This document shows, one piece after another, positions 1 to 7,037 of a stretch of 64,000 nt of DNA. The stretch comes from an uncultured virus (IMG/VR IMGVR_UViG_3300030095_006218). Taxonomy: Duplodnaviria; Heunggongvirae; Uroviricota; Caudoviricetes. The stretch's first letter is position 1. Every line of letters starts with the position of its first letter. Position numbers and translations under genes: made by a program. The notes beneath the pieces are model-generated. The model ran no database searches and was not told the DNA's origin. It saw only the letters and a program-made list of their open reading frames with translations. The stretch is from the IMG/VR virus record IMGVR_UViG_3300030095_006218, one strand, 5' to 3'.

Positions 1-29
1 CTATGTCACCTACTCTAAAGCGCAAAAAT

Positions 30-329
30 CTAAACCCCTACTTGAGTCTCATAAACTTCAAAACCAATATCCATCCCCAAGCCGTGCATATATTCTATCC
101 AGTCAGAGTAATACCCGCGCAACTGTTCGCGATTGTATGCTCTCAAATCTTCCTCGGGGTTAGTTGGCAAGTCCTTTGCCATTTCTTCGATCTCATCCTC
201 GTCAAGACCGCCACAACAATAATCGCCCATTTCGTTGATAACTCTCATGTAAGCACCTTTATCGGTTAGGTGCGTTGAAACATAATGATCAAGCTCATAC
301 GTTGAGCGTACTACCCATATTTTCATCAT
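30..329 (-). CDS. hypothetical protein (paralog of 326..655)
   Basis: 99-aa ORF coupled to the upstream gene by an ATGA overlap; shares MxIWV...HxTxKGA and terminal EVxxTQV with its neighbour. Confidence 0.75.
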   Translation of the reverse strand: MMKIWVVRSTYELDHYVSTHLTDKGAYMRVINEMGDYCCGGLDEDEIEEMAKDLPTNPEEDLRAYNREQLRGYYSDWIEYMHGLGMDIGFEVYETQVGV

Positions 330-655
330 GCTGCCACCTGCGTCCTAACAACTTCAAGCGCATAGCCATAATCGTTGTCCCATGCTAACTCTGCATAGTC
401 TCTAAAAAGGCATTGGAGCCGCGAAAGCGGCATGCCTTTCATCTTGTCGAAATCCGTTTCCAAATGGCCCTCTGTATATTCTTCTTCGGTGGGATGCAAG
501 CGATCATTGAATACGGACTGAGCGGAATCCTGATCCGCGATGCCCAAAAAATCCATCATATCTAATACGCCCGCAATCAAGGCACCCTTTTGTGTAAAGT
601 GTGAGGAAGCAAAATGTTCGCCTTCGTGCATACCGACCATAACCCATATATTCAT
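326..655 (-). CDS. hypothetical protein (paralog of 30..329)
   Basis: Start re-placed at ATG 655 (MNIWVMVG), which overlaps the upstream stop (ATGA) and follows AGGAGA. Confidence 0.75.
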   Translation of the reverse strand: MNIWVMVGMHEGEHFASSHFTQKGALIAGVLDMMDFLGIADQDSAQSVFNDRLHPTEEEYTEGHLETDFDKMKGMPLSRLQCLFRDYAELAWDNDYGYALEVVRTQVAA

Positions 656-990
656 GCTCTTTTCTCCTTGCTCTCGGCTAACATCTTCTTGACCCACTCG
701 CCGTTAAACTCGGCTGCATACTTGTCGCGGAGAACCAGCAACTTCTCTCCGTCCTTGGTTTCATTCTTTAGCTTGTAGCCGGGAATCACAAACTCCGTAC
801 CTACAGGTGCGCCAATGAAACATTCACATACTGCATAAGGCACTGACTTCCATTTTGATTTAGTTTCACCAGTCTTGGTATCCTTCCAGCTTTTGCGAAA
901 ACGCCTAAACTGCATATCGACGACTCGCGCTTGAAGCGTGCTGTCGCCGTTGCGAATGATCACCAAATCGTTCTTTGTAAGATAAGCCAT
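652..990 (-). CDS. hypothetical protein
   Basis: 112-aa ORF with AAGGAGA RBS directly after a sigma70-like promoter. Confidence 0.8.
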   Translation of the reverse strand: MAYLTKNDLVIIRNGDSTLQARVVDMQFRRFRKSWKDTKTGETKSKWKSVPYAVCECFIGAPVGTEFVIPGYKLKNETKDGEKLLVLRDKYAAEFNGEWVKKMLAESKEKRA

Positions 991-1017
991 GTATACTCTC
1001 CTTGCTGCTTATACTAT

Positions 1018-1073
1018 AATATACCACGGTGGGCATTGATTGTCAATGGTTCAAATGTCAAGAAAATGTCAAG
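1018..1073 (-). promoter_or_regulatory. sigma70-type promoter with upstream tandem direct-repeat box
   Basis: TTGACA (1041-1046), 17 bp, TATATT (1018-1023) with extended TG; CTTGACATTTTCTTGACATTT at 1053-1073. Confidence 0.8.
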
Positions 1074-1079
1074 ACAAAA

Positions 1080-1156
1080 TGGTAGGCTCTCTCGGGCTTG
1101 AACCGAGGACCACCCCGTTATGAGCGGGACGCTCTGACCAACTGAGCTAAGAGCCT
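1080..1156 (-). tRNA. tRNA with CAT anticodon, probably tRNA-Ile2(CAU); elongator Met not excluded
   Basis: Cloverleaf AGGCTCT/AGAGCCT acceptor stem, GCTC/GAGC D stem, CTCATAA anticodon loop, GGTTCAAG T loop, encoded CCA; A1:U72 pair argues against initiator tRNA. Confidence 0.9.
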
Positions 1157-1164
1157 GTAAAAGT

Positions 1165-1338
1165 TTAACGACACACGGGAGGTTTCGCAAAAAGCATTAT
1201 GTTCTCGTCGCGTTTTTCCCATCCGTGCCTTTTAACATAGCTGGCCTTAGCGTGCTTGGCGTCAATACCTTCCGCAATACCAACAGTGGTATACTTTTTT
1301 GTTTCGATGTTATATTCCATAATAGTATAGTCAATCAT
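1165..1338 (-). CDS. hypothetical protein, 57 aa (below ORF-track cutoff)
   Basis: MIDYTIMEYNIETKK...AKPPVCR*; AAGGAGA RBS; fills the gap between the tRNA and the upstream gene. Confidence 0.7.
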   Translation of the reverse strand: MIDYTIMEYNIETKKYTTVGIAEGIDAKHAKASYVKRHGWEKRDENIMLFAKPPVCR

Positions 1339-1349
1339 TATCTGTCTCC

Positions 1350-1751
1350 TTAAAACTCAATACTTCTGTTCACGCAAATATCGCCCCACATCGCATCGCC
1401 ACGATATTCAATATCTTCTGTTTCTTCACCGATACGGACAAACTTGTAAAACGCAAATGCGGCTTCGGTCTTTTCCTTGCCTTCGGCATCTTTCTCGCCC
1501 GTGGGAATATCCTCGCCGTCGCACCAATCCATAAAGTCGGTGAGAGCGGATATACACTCAAAGGAATCATACCACTTGAGCCAGCCCCACTTGAAAAGGA
1601 GCGATCCCTTTTCTCCATTGTAGTCCTTGATCATATGATCATTCTCGCCAAAACACAACTCACGCGCTTGTCGCGACTTAGCCATAGTGACCATAAACTG
1701 AGGCATGACCTCGGGACCAACATATAAAACAACTTCTGAACGGTAACCCAT
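1350..1751 (-). CDS. hypothetical phage protein
   Basis: 133 aa MGYRSEV...KWYD...FVRIGEE; AAGGAGA RBS after a promoter. Confidence 0.8.
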   Translation of the reverse strand: MGYRSEVVLYVGPEVMPQFMVTMAKSRQARELCFGENDHMIKDYNGEKGSLLFKWGWLKWYDSFECISALTDFMDWCDGEDIPTGEKDAEGKEKTEAAFAFYKFVRIGEETEDIEYRGDAMWGDICVNRSIEF

Positions 1752-1772
1752 TTCTTTTCTCCTTATGATACT

Positions 1773-1816
1773 AATATATCAAAATCGGCTGTGAAAGTCA
1801 AGGACAAAAAATGTCC
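1773..1816 (-). promoter_or_regulatory. sigma70-type promoter with adjacent GGACA-N5-TGTCC palindrome
   Basis: TTGACT (1796-1801), 17 bp, TATATT (1773-1778); palindrome at 1802-1816. Confidence 0.75.
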
Positions 1817-1828
1817 GGTTTGCGAAAA

Positions 1829-2179
1829 CTACCATTCAACCGGATCATTCGCCAGAAAGCGAATGTCCTGTACTGGTACTGTGGGCTTTGCCTTTAGTGG
1901 CGCAACTCCCGGTGGCACCTCCCCCTCGACCATCCCGCCGTGCTTTGCGATGACGAGCGCCACACGTGCGACCGGCACAAAGCCATATACAGTGTTAGTC
2001 GGAGCATCGGGTTCTTCGGCCCACTTTAACAGTAGGTCTTCTTCGCGACTTGGATACCCTATCTCTACTTCTGTGTATCGCTCTGCATTATCAATACGTG
2101 GCTCACAATAGTTGGCTTCGCCTGCCTGTACGCTCATCTTAAAGCCATCGGCGCACACAACTGGTTTATTTTGTTTCAT
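1829..2179 (-). CDS. hypothetical phage protein
   Basis: 116 aa CADGFKMSVQA...YCEPR...EVEIGYPS...VYGFVP; AGGAG RBS. Confidence 0.8.
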   Translation of the reverse strand: MKQNKPVVCADGFKMSVQAGEANYCEPRIDNAERYTEVEIGYPSREEDLLLKWAEEPDAPTNTVYGFVPVARVALVIAKHGGMVEGEVPPGVAPLKAKPTVPVQDIRFLANDPVEW

Positions 2180-2439
2180 TTTCTTCTCCTACTAACAATC
2201 TTTAAGTCTTTGCGTGTAAACGGTTCAGACCATCGCACATTTCCGGCTCGGCTTTTAGGGCCATCACCAACCCACTTTATGTGAAACTCTTTTTTGCCTT
2301 CATTATACCACTTGTCGCCCATCTTGCACTCGGTGACCATGCCGATTAGTTTGCCCTCACGGGCAGGCGTGGCCCACTTCCACATCGCGCTAAGTTTAGC
2401 ACCATACGCTGATAGTGTGACTAAATCACCTACGTTCAT
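2176..2439 (-). CDS. small MKVGDLV-family protein (KOW/SH3-like)
   Basis: Starts MNVGDLV; 14-nt overlap with the upstream gene. Confidence 0.8.
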   Translation of the reverse strand: MNVGDLVTLSAYGAKLSAMWKWATPAREGKLIGMVTECKMGDKWYNEGKKEFHIKWVGDGPKSRAGNVRWSEPFTRKDLKIVSRRRK

Positions 2440-2650
2440 TTATTTTCTCCAAATCTGCCAAAGGTACGGTCAGCTTTCTGCCATTGACAGCCACAATCGC
2501 ATGCGGTTCTGGCTCGACCAGACCCCACTCGATTTTCTTGCCGAGAACATCTGTGCGCCAGCACTTCTTTTCTATCAGATCGACAACCAATCCGGCTCGC
2601 TGCGGTCTGCGGCTCGCCCATTTAAGTTTAACTAAATCACCTATTTTCAC
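2426..2650 (-). CDS. small MKVGDLV-family protein
   Basis: MKIGDLVK...LEKINERR. Confidence 0.8.
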   Translation of the reverse strand: MKIGDLVKLKWASRRPQRAGLVVDLIEKKCWRTDVLGKKIEWGLVEPEPHAIVAVNGRKLTVPLADLEKINERR

Positions 2651-2834
2651 TTACCACCTCCCAGTGTTTTATTAAGTCACTTTTAATCGTACCGTCTGCA
2701 AGTCTAACTTTAACGGCGTTGTGCGCCCTCTCGACCACAATGGCCGGGGCTGTTGAGTACGTGTTCCAATCTTCGACATCCTTATACATCCACGACGAAA
2801 CATACCTCATTTTTACTAAGTCACCGACTTTCAT
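2637..2834 (-). CDS. small MKVGDLV-family protein
   Basis: MKVGDLVK...WEVVSENR. Confidence 0.8.
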   Translation of the reverse strand: MKVGDLVKMRYVSSWMYKDVEDWNTYSTAPAIVVERAHNAVKVRLADGTIKSDLIKHWEVVSENR

Positions 2835-3184
2835 TATGCCTTGCCTTTATGATTGCCATTACCACCAGCATAACACACATGGCGCATTGGACGGTTGCCG
2901 ATTGTTGAGTTAGAGCCTGACAAGTGGCATGATTTGCCCTTGTGATAGCCCGTGACCGATCTCCATGCGCGAGAGTAGCCTTCGCGATCCTCCGATGATT
3001 CAAATGCAACGATTGAAAGTGCGTTGCATTTACCATCGCCGGCCTGTAGGCCAAGATATTTTACTGCTGTTTCTGTGCCAAGTTCTTCGACACAATCGGC
3101 ACACTCGTTTATCTTGCCGCCTGCACGCCTCTTTGCGTGGGACATAGGGTTAAAATCTATTTCACAATGTATACACGTTTGCAT
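2834..3184 (-). CDS. hypothetical protein with Zn-ribbon-like CxxC pairs
   Basis: CIHC...CADC; AAGGAGG RBS after a promoter. Confidence 0.75.
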   Translation of the reverse strand: MQTCIHCEIDFNPMSHAKRRAGGKINECADCVEELGTETAVKYLGLQAGDGKCNALSIVAFESSEDREGYSRAWRSVTGYHKGKSCHLSGSNSTIGNRPMRHVCYAGGNGNHKGKA

Positions 3185-3203
3185 AACGCCTCCTTACTCA
3201 TAT

Positions 3204-3259
3204 AATATATCACTCTCAGTACCATAAGTCAACAACCTAAATGTCAAGAAAATGTCAAG
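3204..3259 (-). promoter_or_regulatory. sigma70-type promoter with upstream tandem direct-repeat box
   Basis: TTGACT (3227-3232), 17 bp, TATATT (3204-3209); identical 21-nt box at 3239-3259. Confidence 0.8.
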
Positions 3260-3479
3260 GAATCTCAACACTGGCCTTTTCTATGATCTCGATCTCATCG
3301 TTTTCAGGATCAACCATAACTCTCTTTCCGTCACAAATAGCGATAAACACGGCCTTGTCATGGTCGTCAAGCCTCCACGGTACAGCCTCGCTAATAATAA
3401 GTGCTGGTGGTGACCAGTGCGCGTTCTTCCGTTTGTTGTAGTAGTTTGGTCTAAACTTTATTAGATCACCCGGCTTCAT
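3255..3479 (-). CDS. small MKVGDLV-family protein
   Basis: MKPGDLIK...IEII. Confidence 0.8.
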   Translation of the reverse strand: MKPGDLIKFRPNYYNKRKNAHWSPPALIISEAVPWRLDDHDKAVFIAICDGKRVMVDPENDEIEIIEKASVEIP

Positions 3480-3651
3480 TAACTAACTCCAAAAAGCCCT
3501 CGGAAACTTGTCTTGTGAAATAAGGATCATTAGGGGCGCAACAAGTCTGAACAGTGTGGAGCCAAAAATGACCGTACTTATGCCAATGAGACTTAACAAT
3601 GATCCCGATTCCATCGAAGGTTTTACCTCGTACTAAATCACCCACCTTCAT
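3466..3651 (-). CDS. small MKVGDLV-family protein
   Basis: MKVGDLVR...GIGIIV...LELVNEAG. Confidence 0.8.
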   Translation of the reverse strand: MKVGDLVRGKTFDGIGIIVKSHWHKYGHFWLHTVQTCCAPNDPYFTRQVSEGFLELVNEAG

Positions 3652-3811
3652 TCATCACTCTCAAATAATCGCTGTGAAACAAACGGACTTGACCACTGCA
3701 TAAAACTTTGAAAAAATCGAATCCAGTGTCTTCTACAATCACGCCCGATCCTTGGTAGGGGTTGTGACTATATATGTGCCATTCGATCCAAACCAAATCA
3801 CCCGCTTGCAC
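3638..3811 (-). CDS. small MKVGDLV-family protein
   Basis: Start re-placed at GTG 3811 (MQAGDLVW) after GGAGG; ends LRVMNEGG. Confidence 0.75.
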   Translation of the reverse strand: MQAGDLVWIEWHIYSHNPYQGSGVIVEDTGFDFFKVLCSGQVRLFHSDYLRVMNEGG

Positions 3812-3998
3812 TAATGACCTCCAAATCTTCTGCACTTTGCCATCGCCAGTCGCAACCGCCAATGTAAGCCACCCACCAACCCTCTACGCCGTGCGGTTCT
3901 TCCATGTTATAATATACCTCATGGTCCATGATAAGCCCTACGCTTCCATGCTCGTCGATATGCGGATCAGCACATTTTACCAGATCACCGATTTTCAC
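3798..3998 (-). CDS. small MKVGDLV-family protein
   Basis: MKIGDLVK...LEVISASG. Confidence 0.8.
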   Translation of the reverse strand: MKIGDLVKCADPHIDEHGSVGLIMDHEVYYNMEEPHGVEGWWVAYIGGCDWRWQSAEDLEVISASG

Positions 3999-4206
3999 TT
4001 ATAACCTCCAGATTCCACGTTGAATGGTTTGAAACATCGGTGAAACCGGTTAGCCATGCCACCTCGACCTCATCAACAATAACTCCGGCATCGCAGCCAA
4101 GTTCTTCTGGATCGAGACAGGTGATGATGCCCGTGCATCGAGGCGATTCGCCCGGTGCCAGCCTTTCCCATTGTCCTGCGATTGTTACTAAATCACCTAC
4201 TTTCAC
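3985..4206 (-). CDS. small MKVGDLV-family protein
   Basis: MKVGDLVT...LEVISENR. Confidence 0.8.
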   Translation of the reverse strand: MKVGDLVTIAGQWERLAPGESPRCTGIITCLDPEELGCDAGVIVDEVEVAWLTGFTDVSNHSTWNLEVISENR

Positions 4207-4384
4207 TTATAACCTCTAACCATGCTTCGGGTTCCCACTCAACTTTACCGGGCTTTTGGAGCCACGTTATGCCTATCTGTACAGACTTGTGTAACTCGCT
4301 TGGGTGAATATCAACCACAAGTCCCACAAGTCCAGTATGGTAAGCTCTCATCCTCACCAGATCGCCGGTCTTAATCTTTCTCAT
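4193..4384 (-). CDS. small MKVGDLV-family protein, probably leaderless
   Basis: MRKIKTGDLVR...LEVISESR; ATG lies 6 nt after the -10 hexamer with no SD. Confidence 0.8.
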   Translation of the reverse strand: MRKIKTGDLVRMRAYHTGLVGLVVDIHPSELHKSVQIGITWLQKPGKVEWEPEAWLEVISESR

Positions 4385-4390
4385 ACCTAT

Positions 4391-4446
4391 AATATATCAC
4401 CCTCGCGCATCAAAGTCAAGCAATCAAATGTCAAGAAAATGTCAAG
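4391..4446 (-). promoter_or_regulatory. sigma70-type promoter with upstream tandem direct-repeat box
   Basis: TTGACT (4414-4419), 17 bp, TATATT (4391-4396); identical 21-nt box at 4426-4446. Confidence 0.8.
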
Positions 4447-4616
4447 TGCGTTATTTCATAGTTTTCGTTGTCTATCACGGCCCTAATGCCATCGACCCAC
4501 ACAACCCACAAGCCTTCATCGGGAGCCTCATACTCTCGTAGCACGATGCAAGGGTTTGACCAATCCTCTTTGCCGAATCCTATTGGTTTGAACGATATAA
4601 GATCACCGACCTTCAC
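4431..4616 (-). CDS. small MKVGDLV-family protein
   Basis: MKVGDLIS...YEI. Confidence 0.75.
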   Translation of the reverse strand: MKVGDLISFKPIGFGKEDWSNPCIVLREYEAPDEGLWVVWVDGIRAVIDNENYEITHLTFS

Positions 4617-4758
4617 TAATCACTTCCCATGCCTCTGAGTTAAAAACCTGATTAACGGGGAACCCCCATACCTTAAAATGAGCGCCGTATCGACCTGCCC
4701 AAGTTACAAAGCTGACTCTGCCGGTTACTTTGTGCCTGATCAAATCACCCACCCTCAC
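4603..4758 (-). CDS. small MKVGDLV-family protein, 51 aa (below ORF-track cutoff)
   Basis: GTG start after GGAGG: MRVGDLIRHKVTGRVSFVTW...WEVISEGR*; 14-nt overlaps on both sides. Confidence 0.8.
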   Translation of the reverse strand: MRVGDLIRHKVTGRVSFVTWAGRYGAHFKVWGFPVNQVFNSEAWEVISEGR

Positions 4759-4933
4759 TGATCACCTCCATGTCCTTAGCTTCAACCCATCCAGTATCGC
4801 GGCGGTGGGGCCAGAACACTTGAGCAAGTGGCTGGTTCTCGTAAGCACCTTCACGCACTTTGATCACAATACCCATCCGAGCGCGATGCCCGCCAATCGT
4901 GTATTTGCTCTTAACAATGCTTCCGACTTTCAC
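4745..4933 (-). CDS. small MKVGDLV-family protein
   Basis: Start re-placed at GTG 4933 (MKVGSIVK) after GGAGG; ends MEVISEGG. Confidence 0.75.
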   Translation of the reverse strand: MKVGSIVKSKYTIGGHRARMGIVIKVREGAYENQPLAQVFWPHRRDTGWVEAKDMEVISEGG

Positions 4934-5102
4934 TGAACACCTCCAAAAAATGACGAGGTTCGGGATAGGGCTTTGGCATATCATTCCATTGTACCATTAT
5001 TCGCCCATCAAGCGGATTGATACCCACAACAATGCCAACACTCATCGCGCCGTACTCGGGCGATGTGGCTGGCGTGCCTCTCACTAAATCACCGACTTTC
5101 AT
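4911..5102 (-). CDS. small MKVGDLV-family protein
   Basis: Start re-placed at ATG 5102 (MKVGDLVR) after GGAGG; ends LEVFSESRKHC. Confidence 0.75.
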   Translation of the reverse strand: MKVGDLVRGTPATSPEYGAMSVGIVVGINPLDGRIMVQWNDMPKPYPEPRHFLEVFSESRKHC

Positions 5103-5194
5103 ACAATCCTCCACAAAGCAAAAACGATGCAACCGACTGCTGCGGAAGCACCAACAATGCTCAGAAAGAGCATAACACATTCATTTTGACTCAC
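5099..5194 (-). CDS. 31-aa single-TM peptide
   Basis: MSQNECVMLFLSIVGASAAVGCIVFALWRIV*; GGAGG RBS; ATGA overlap with the next gene. Confidence 0.55.
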   Translation of the reverse strand: MSQNECVMLFLSIVGASAAVGCIVFALWRIV

Positions 5195-5289
5195 TAAAAT
5201 CCTCCATTAAGAAGCCACGTAGTAAGGAACGCGACCACAAAAGTAGTGACCATCATCCCAACCGTTATCAATACGCCTTTCATATTCAT
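5194..5289 (-). CDS. 31-aa single-TM peptide, probably leaderless
   Basis: MNMKGVLITVGMMVTTFVVAFLTTWLLNGGF*; ATG lies 6 nt after the -10 hexamer. Confidence 0.55.
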   Translation of the reverse strand: MNMKGVLITVGMMVTTFVVAFLTTWLLNGGF

Positions 5290-5295
5290 ACTCAT

Positions 5296-5350
5296 AGTAT
5301 CTCATACTTCAAGCCTAAAGTCAACCCCTAAAGCGGACATTTTTTGTCCG
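5296..5350 (-). promoter_or_regulatory. sigma70-type promoter with upstream CGGACA-N5-TGTCCG palindrome
   Basis: TTGACT (5319-5324), 17 bp, GATACT (5296-5301); palindrome at 5334-5350. Confidence 0.6.
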
Positions 5351-5393
5351 GGCAAAGTTTAACTGACTTTTTCTTCATCTCAGAGAGTTTAAC

Positions 5394-5765
5394 TCACTCC
5401 ATGCGTGTCTTTCTAACTTTGATTGCTGCAAAGTTTGATGCGTCTGCGAGATTTTCTGTCTTTCTATTGTGGCGACCCACCACTTCTGCCTCGTATATAA
5501 CAGATATGGTATCTTGATCGACCAGCTTTATTTCGCCACCCGTGGTAAAAATCTTCAGCACCTTTTCTACTCTGTCTTTTTGAAACGTCCAATCTTCCAT
5601 TTCAGGCAGCGGGCTGGTCAATATATCGCATACAACGCCATGCACCCATTCGTGGTGCATAAACCAGCCGTCAGGATGGCGAGTCCTATAAGATGTACCA
5701 ATGTTTTTCCATCTTATAAGATCACCAACAAAGATTTTCACTTCCTCAAGGTTTAGACTCGACAC
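5394..5765 (-). CDS. hypothetical protein (VGDLI motif; start may be GTG 5741)
   Basis: ORF containing KIFVGDLIRW. Confidence 0.65.
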   Translation of the reverse strand: MSSLNLEEVKIFVGDLIRWKNIGTSYRTRHPDGWFMHHEWVHGVVCDILTSPLPEMEDWTFQKDRVEKVLKIFTTGGEIKLVDQDTISVIYEAEVVGRHNRKTENLADASNFAAIKVRKTRME

Positions 5766-5844
5766 CCCATGATTCCCCCTCTATTAGTATTTATGAGATA
5801 GAATCAAAAAGGGTAGCTTTATTTTCCCCCCTGAGTAAATACTT

Positions 5845-6459
5845 TTACAATGCAGAATCTATGATTTCTCTGGCCCGAGCATCATTATATCCGGTATGTG
5901 CATTGTAAAGTTTCATGTTGCGATCGATATAAATGTACGTCGGAAACGCGCTGATTGGATAGCCAGTTACGCCAGTAGAATCAAATACAAAATCTCTACT
6001 TCCTTGCAAAACCGGTGCTGTTGTTATACCGTGTAAACGAACCCAAGTATCTATGTCGCTGACTGTTGGCGGAGTACCGTGATATTCACCATCAACCAAA
6101 ATTGTAACAACTTTAACCCCGTGCGGTTCATAATCATCCTGCAAGCCCTGTGTATAATATCCTGCCGATTGGCAAGGGCCACACCACATAGCAGAAAAAT
6201 CCAACACTATAACATCGCCCTCATGATCATACATCTGCCATACCTCTCCATATTGATCATAAAGTGTTATATTGCAGACTTTATCTCCCAAACTAACATG
6301 CTGACAATCACTCGCTGCAATTACACCCTGCGGTTCCAGTGGTGGTGCCGGCGGCACTACCTCTTGATGTATGCCTGCCGTGTCCTGTTTTGTTTTTAAT
6401 TCTGCGGCTCCGCAAGCAATCCCCATTAAAGCTATAAATAGCATTATATTTTTTTTCAT
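5845..6459 (-). CDS. TlpA/redoxin-family thiol-disulfide oxidoreductase, predicted lipoprotein
   Basis: LDFSAMWCGPC and FPTYIYID motifs; N-terminal hydrophobic stretch ending GIAC. Confidence 0.85.
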   Translation of the reverse strand: MKKNIMLFIALMGIACGAAELKTKQDTAGIHQEVVPPAPPLEPQGVIAASDCQHVSLGDKVCNITLYDQYGEVWQMYDHEGDVIVLDFSAMWCGPCQSAGYYTQGLQDDYEPHGVKVVTILVDGEYHGTPPTVSDIDTWVRLHGITTAPVLQGSRDFVFDSTGVTGYPISAFPTYIYIDRNMKLYNAHTGYNDARAREIIDSAL

Positions 6460-6469
6460 TTTCACACCC

Positions 6470-6796
6470 CTATGTTTTATTTTTATCCGTAGACGAATCT
6501 AACGGAAATTGTATTATATTTTCCTTCTCTCCCTCTGGTATACTGACCGGATCGTCATCCGGTGGTAACTCTGTGTGCAAGGTACTCGCTATCATTGATT
6601 TAATTTCATCGGCTTCTGAACGTCCCACAAGTTTTATTGGTTTATCGAGTTCTTCTACCATGATTTGCATGTATTCTTTCTGAAACTTTATCTCTTGAAT
6701 CATTCGTCTCAAATCTAATTCTTGCTGTTTTAATACTTGCTGTTGTATATCAACAAAACTTTTAAGTAGCAATTTTATGTCCAGAATATTTTTCAT
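6470..6796 (-). CDS. hypothetical coiled-coil protein
   Basis: Start MKNILD at 6796 (ATGA overlap); ends NIIQFP. Confidence 0.65.
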   Translation of the reverse strand: MKNILDIKLLLKSFVDIQQQVLKQQELDLRRMIQEIKFQKEYMQIMVEELDKPIKLVGRSEADEIKSMIASTLHTELPPDDDPVSIPEGEKENIIQFPLDSSTDKNKT

Positions 6797-6975
6797 GCGC
6801 TCTCGTCCAATACTGCACACGTCAGCAAAGCAACCAAGCAGATTCCAGCACACAAAATTGGACTGCTATCCATCCATGATTTATTTTTCATTTGCACTAA
6901 ACACCATCCATAAGTTCCGACAAACATTCCAAAAGCAAAAAGACCACGAGAAATTAGTTTAACTAACCTTCTCAT
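6793..6975 (-). CDS. small two-TM membrane protein
   Basis: 60 aa with two hydrophobic segments. Confidence 0.55.
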   Translation of the reverse strand: MRRLVKLISRGLFAFGMFVGTYGWCLVQMKNKSWMDSSPILCAGICLVALLTCAVLDESA

Positions 6976-7037
6976 GATCCCATTTTTTCAGTCTGACTGA
7001 ACCCATTTATAACTTTCCCTAATTTAATTAGGGGTTA

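Noticed and set aside
2176..5102. Mini-gene array as a CRISPR array, integron or diversity-generating retroelement
   Set aside because: Junctions are degenerate and protein-coding rather than identical repeats. I saw no attC-like palindromes, integrase, cas genes, reverse transcriptase or adenine-specific TR/VR pair in the window.
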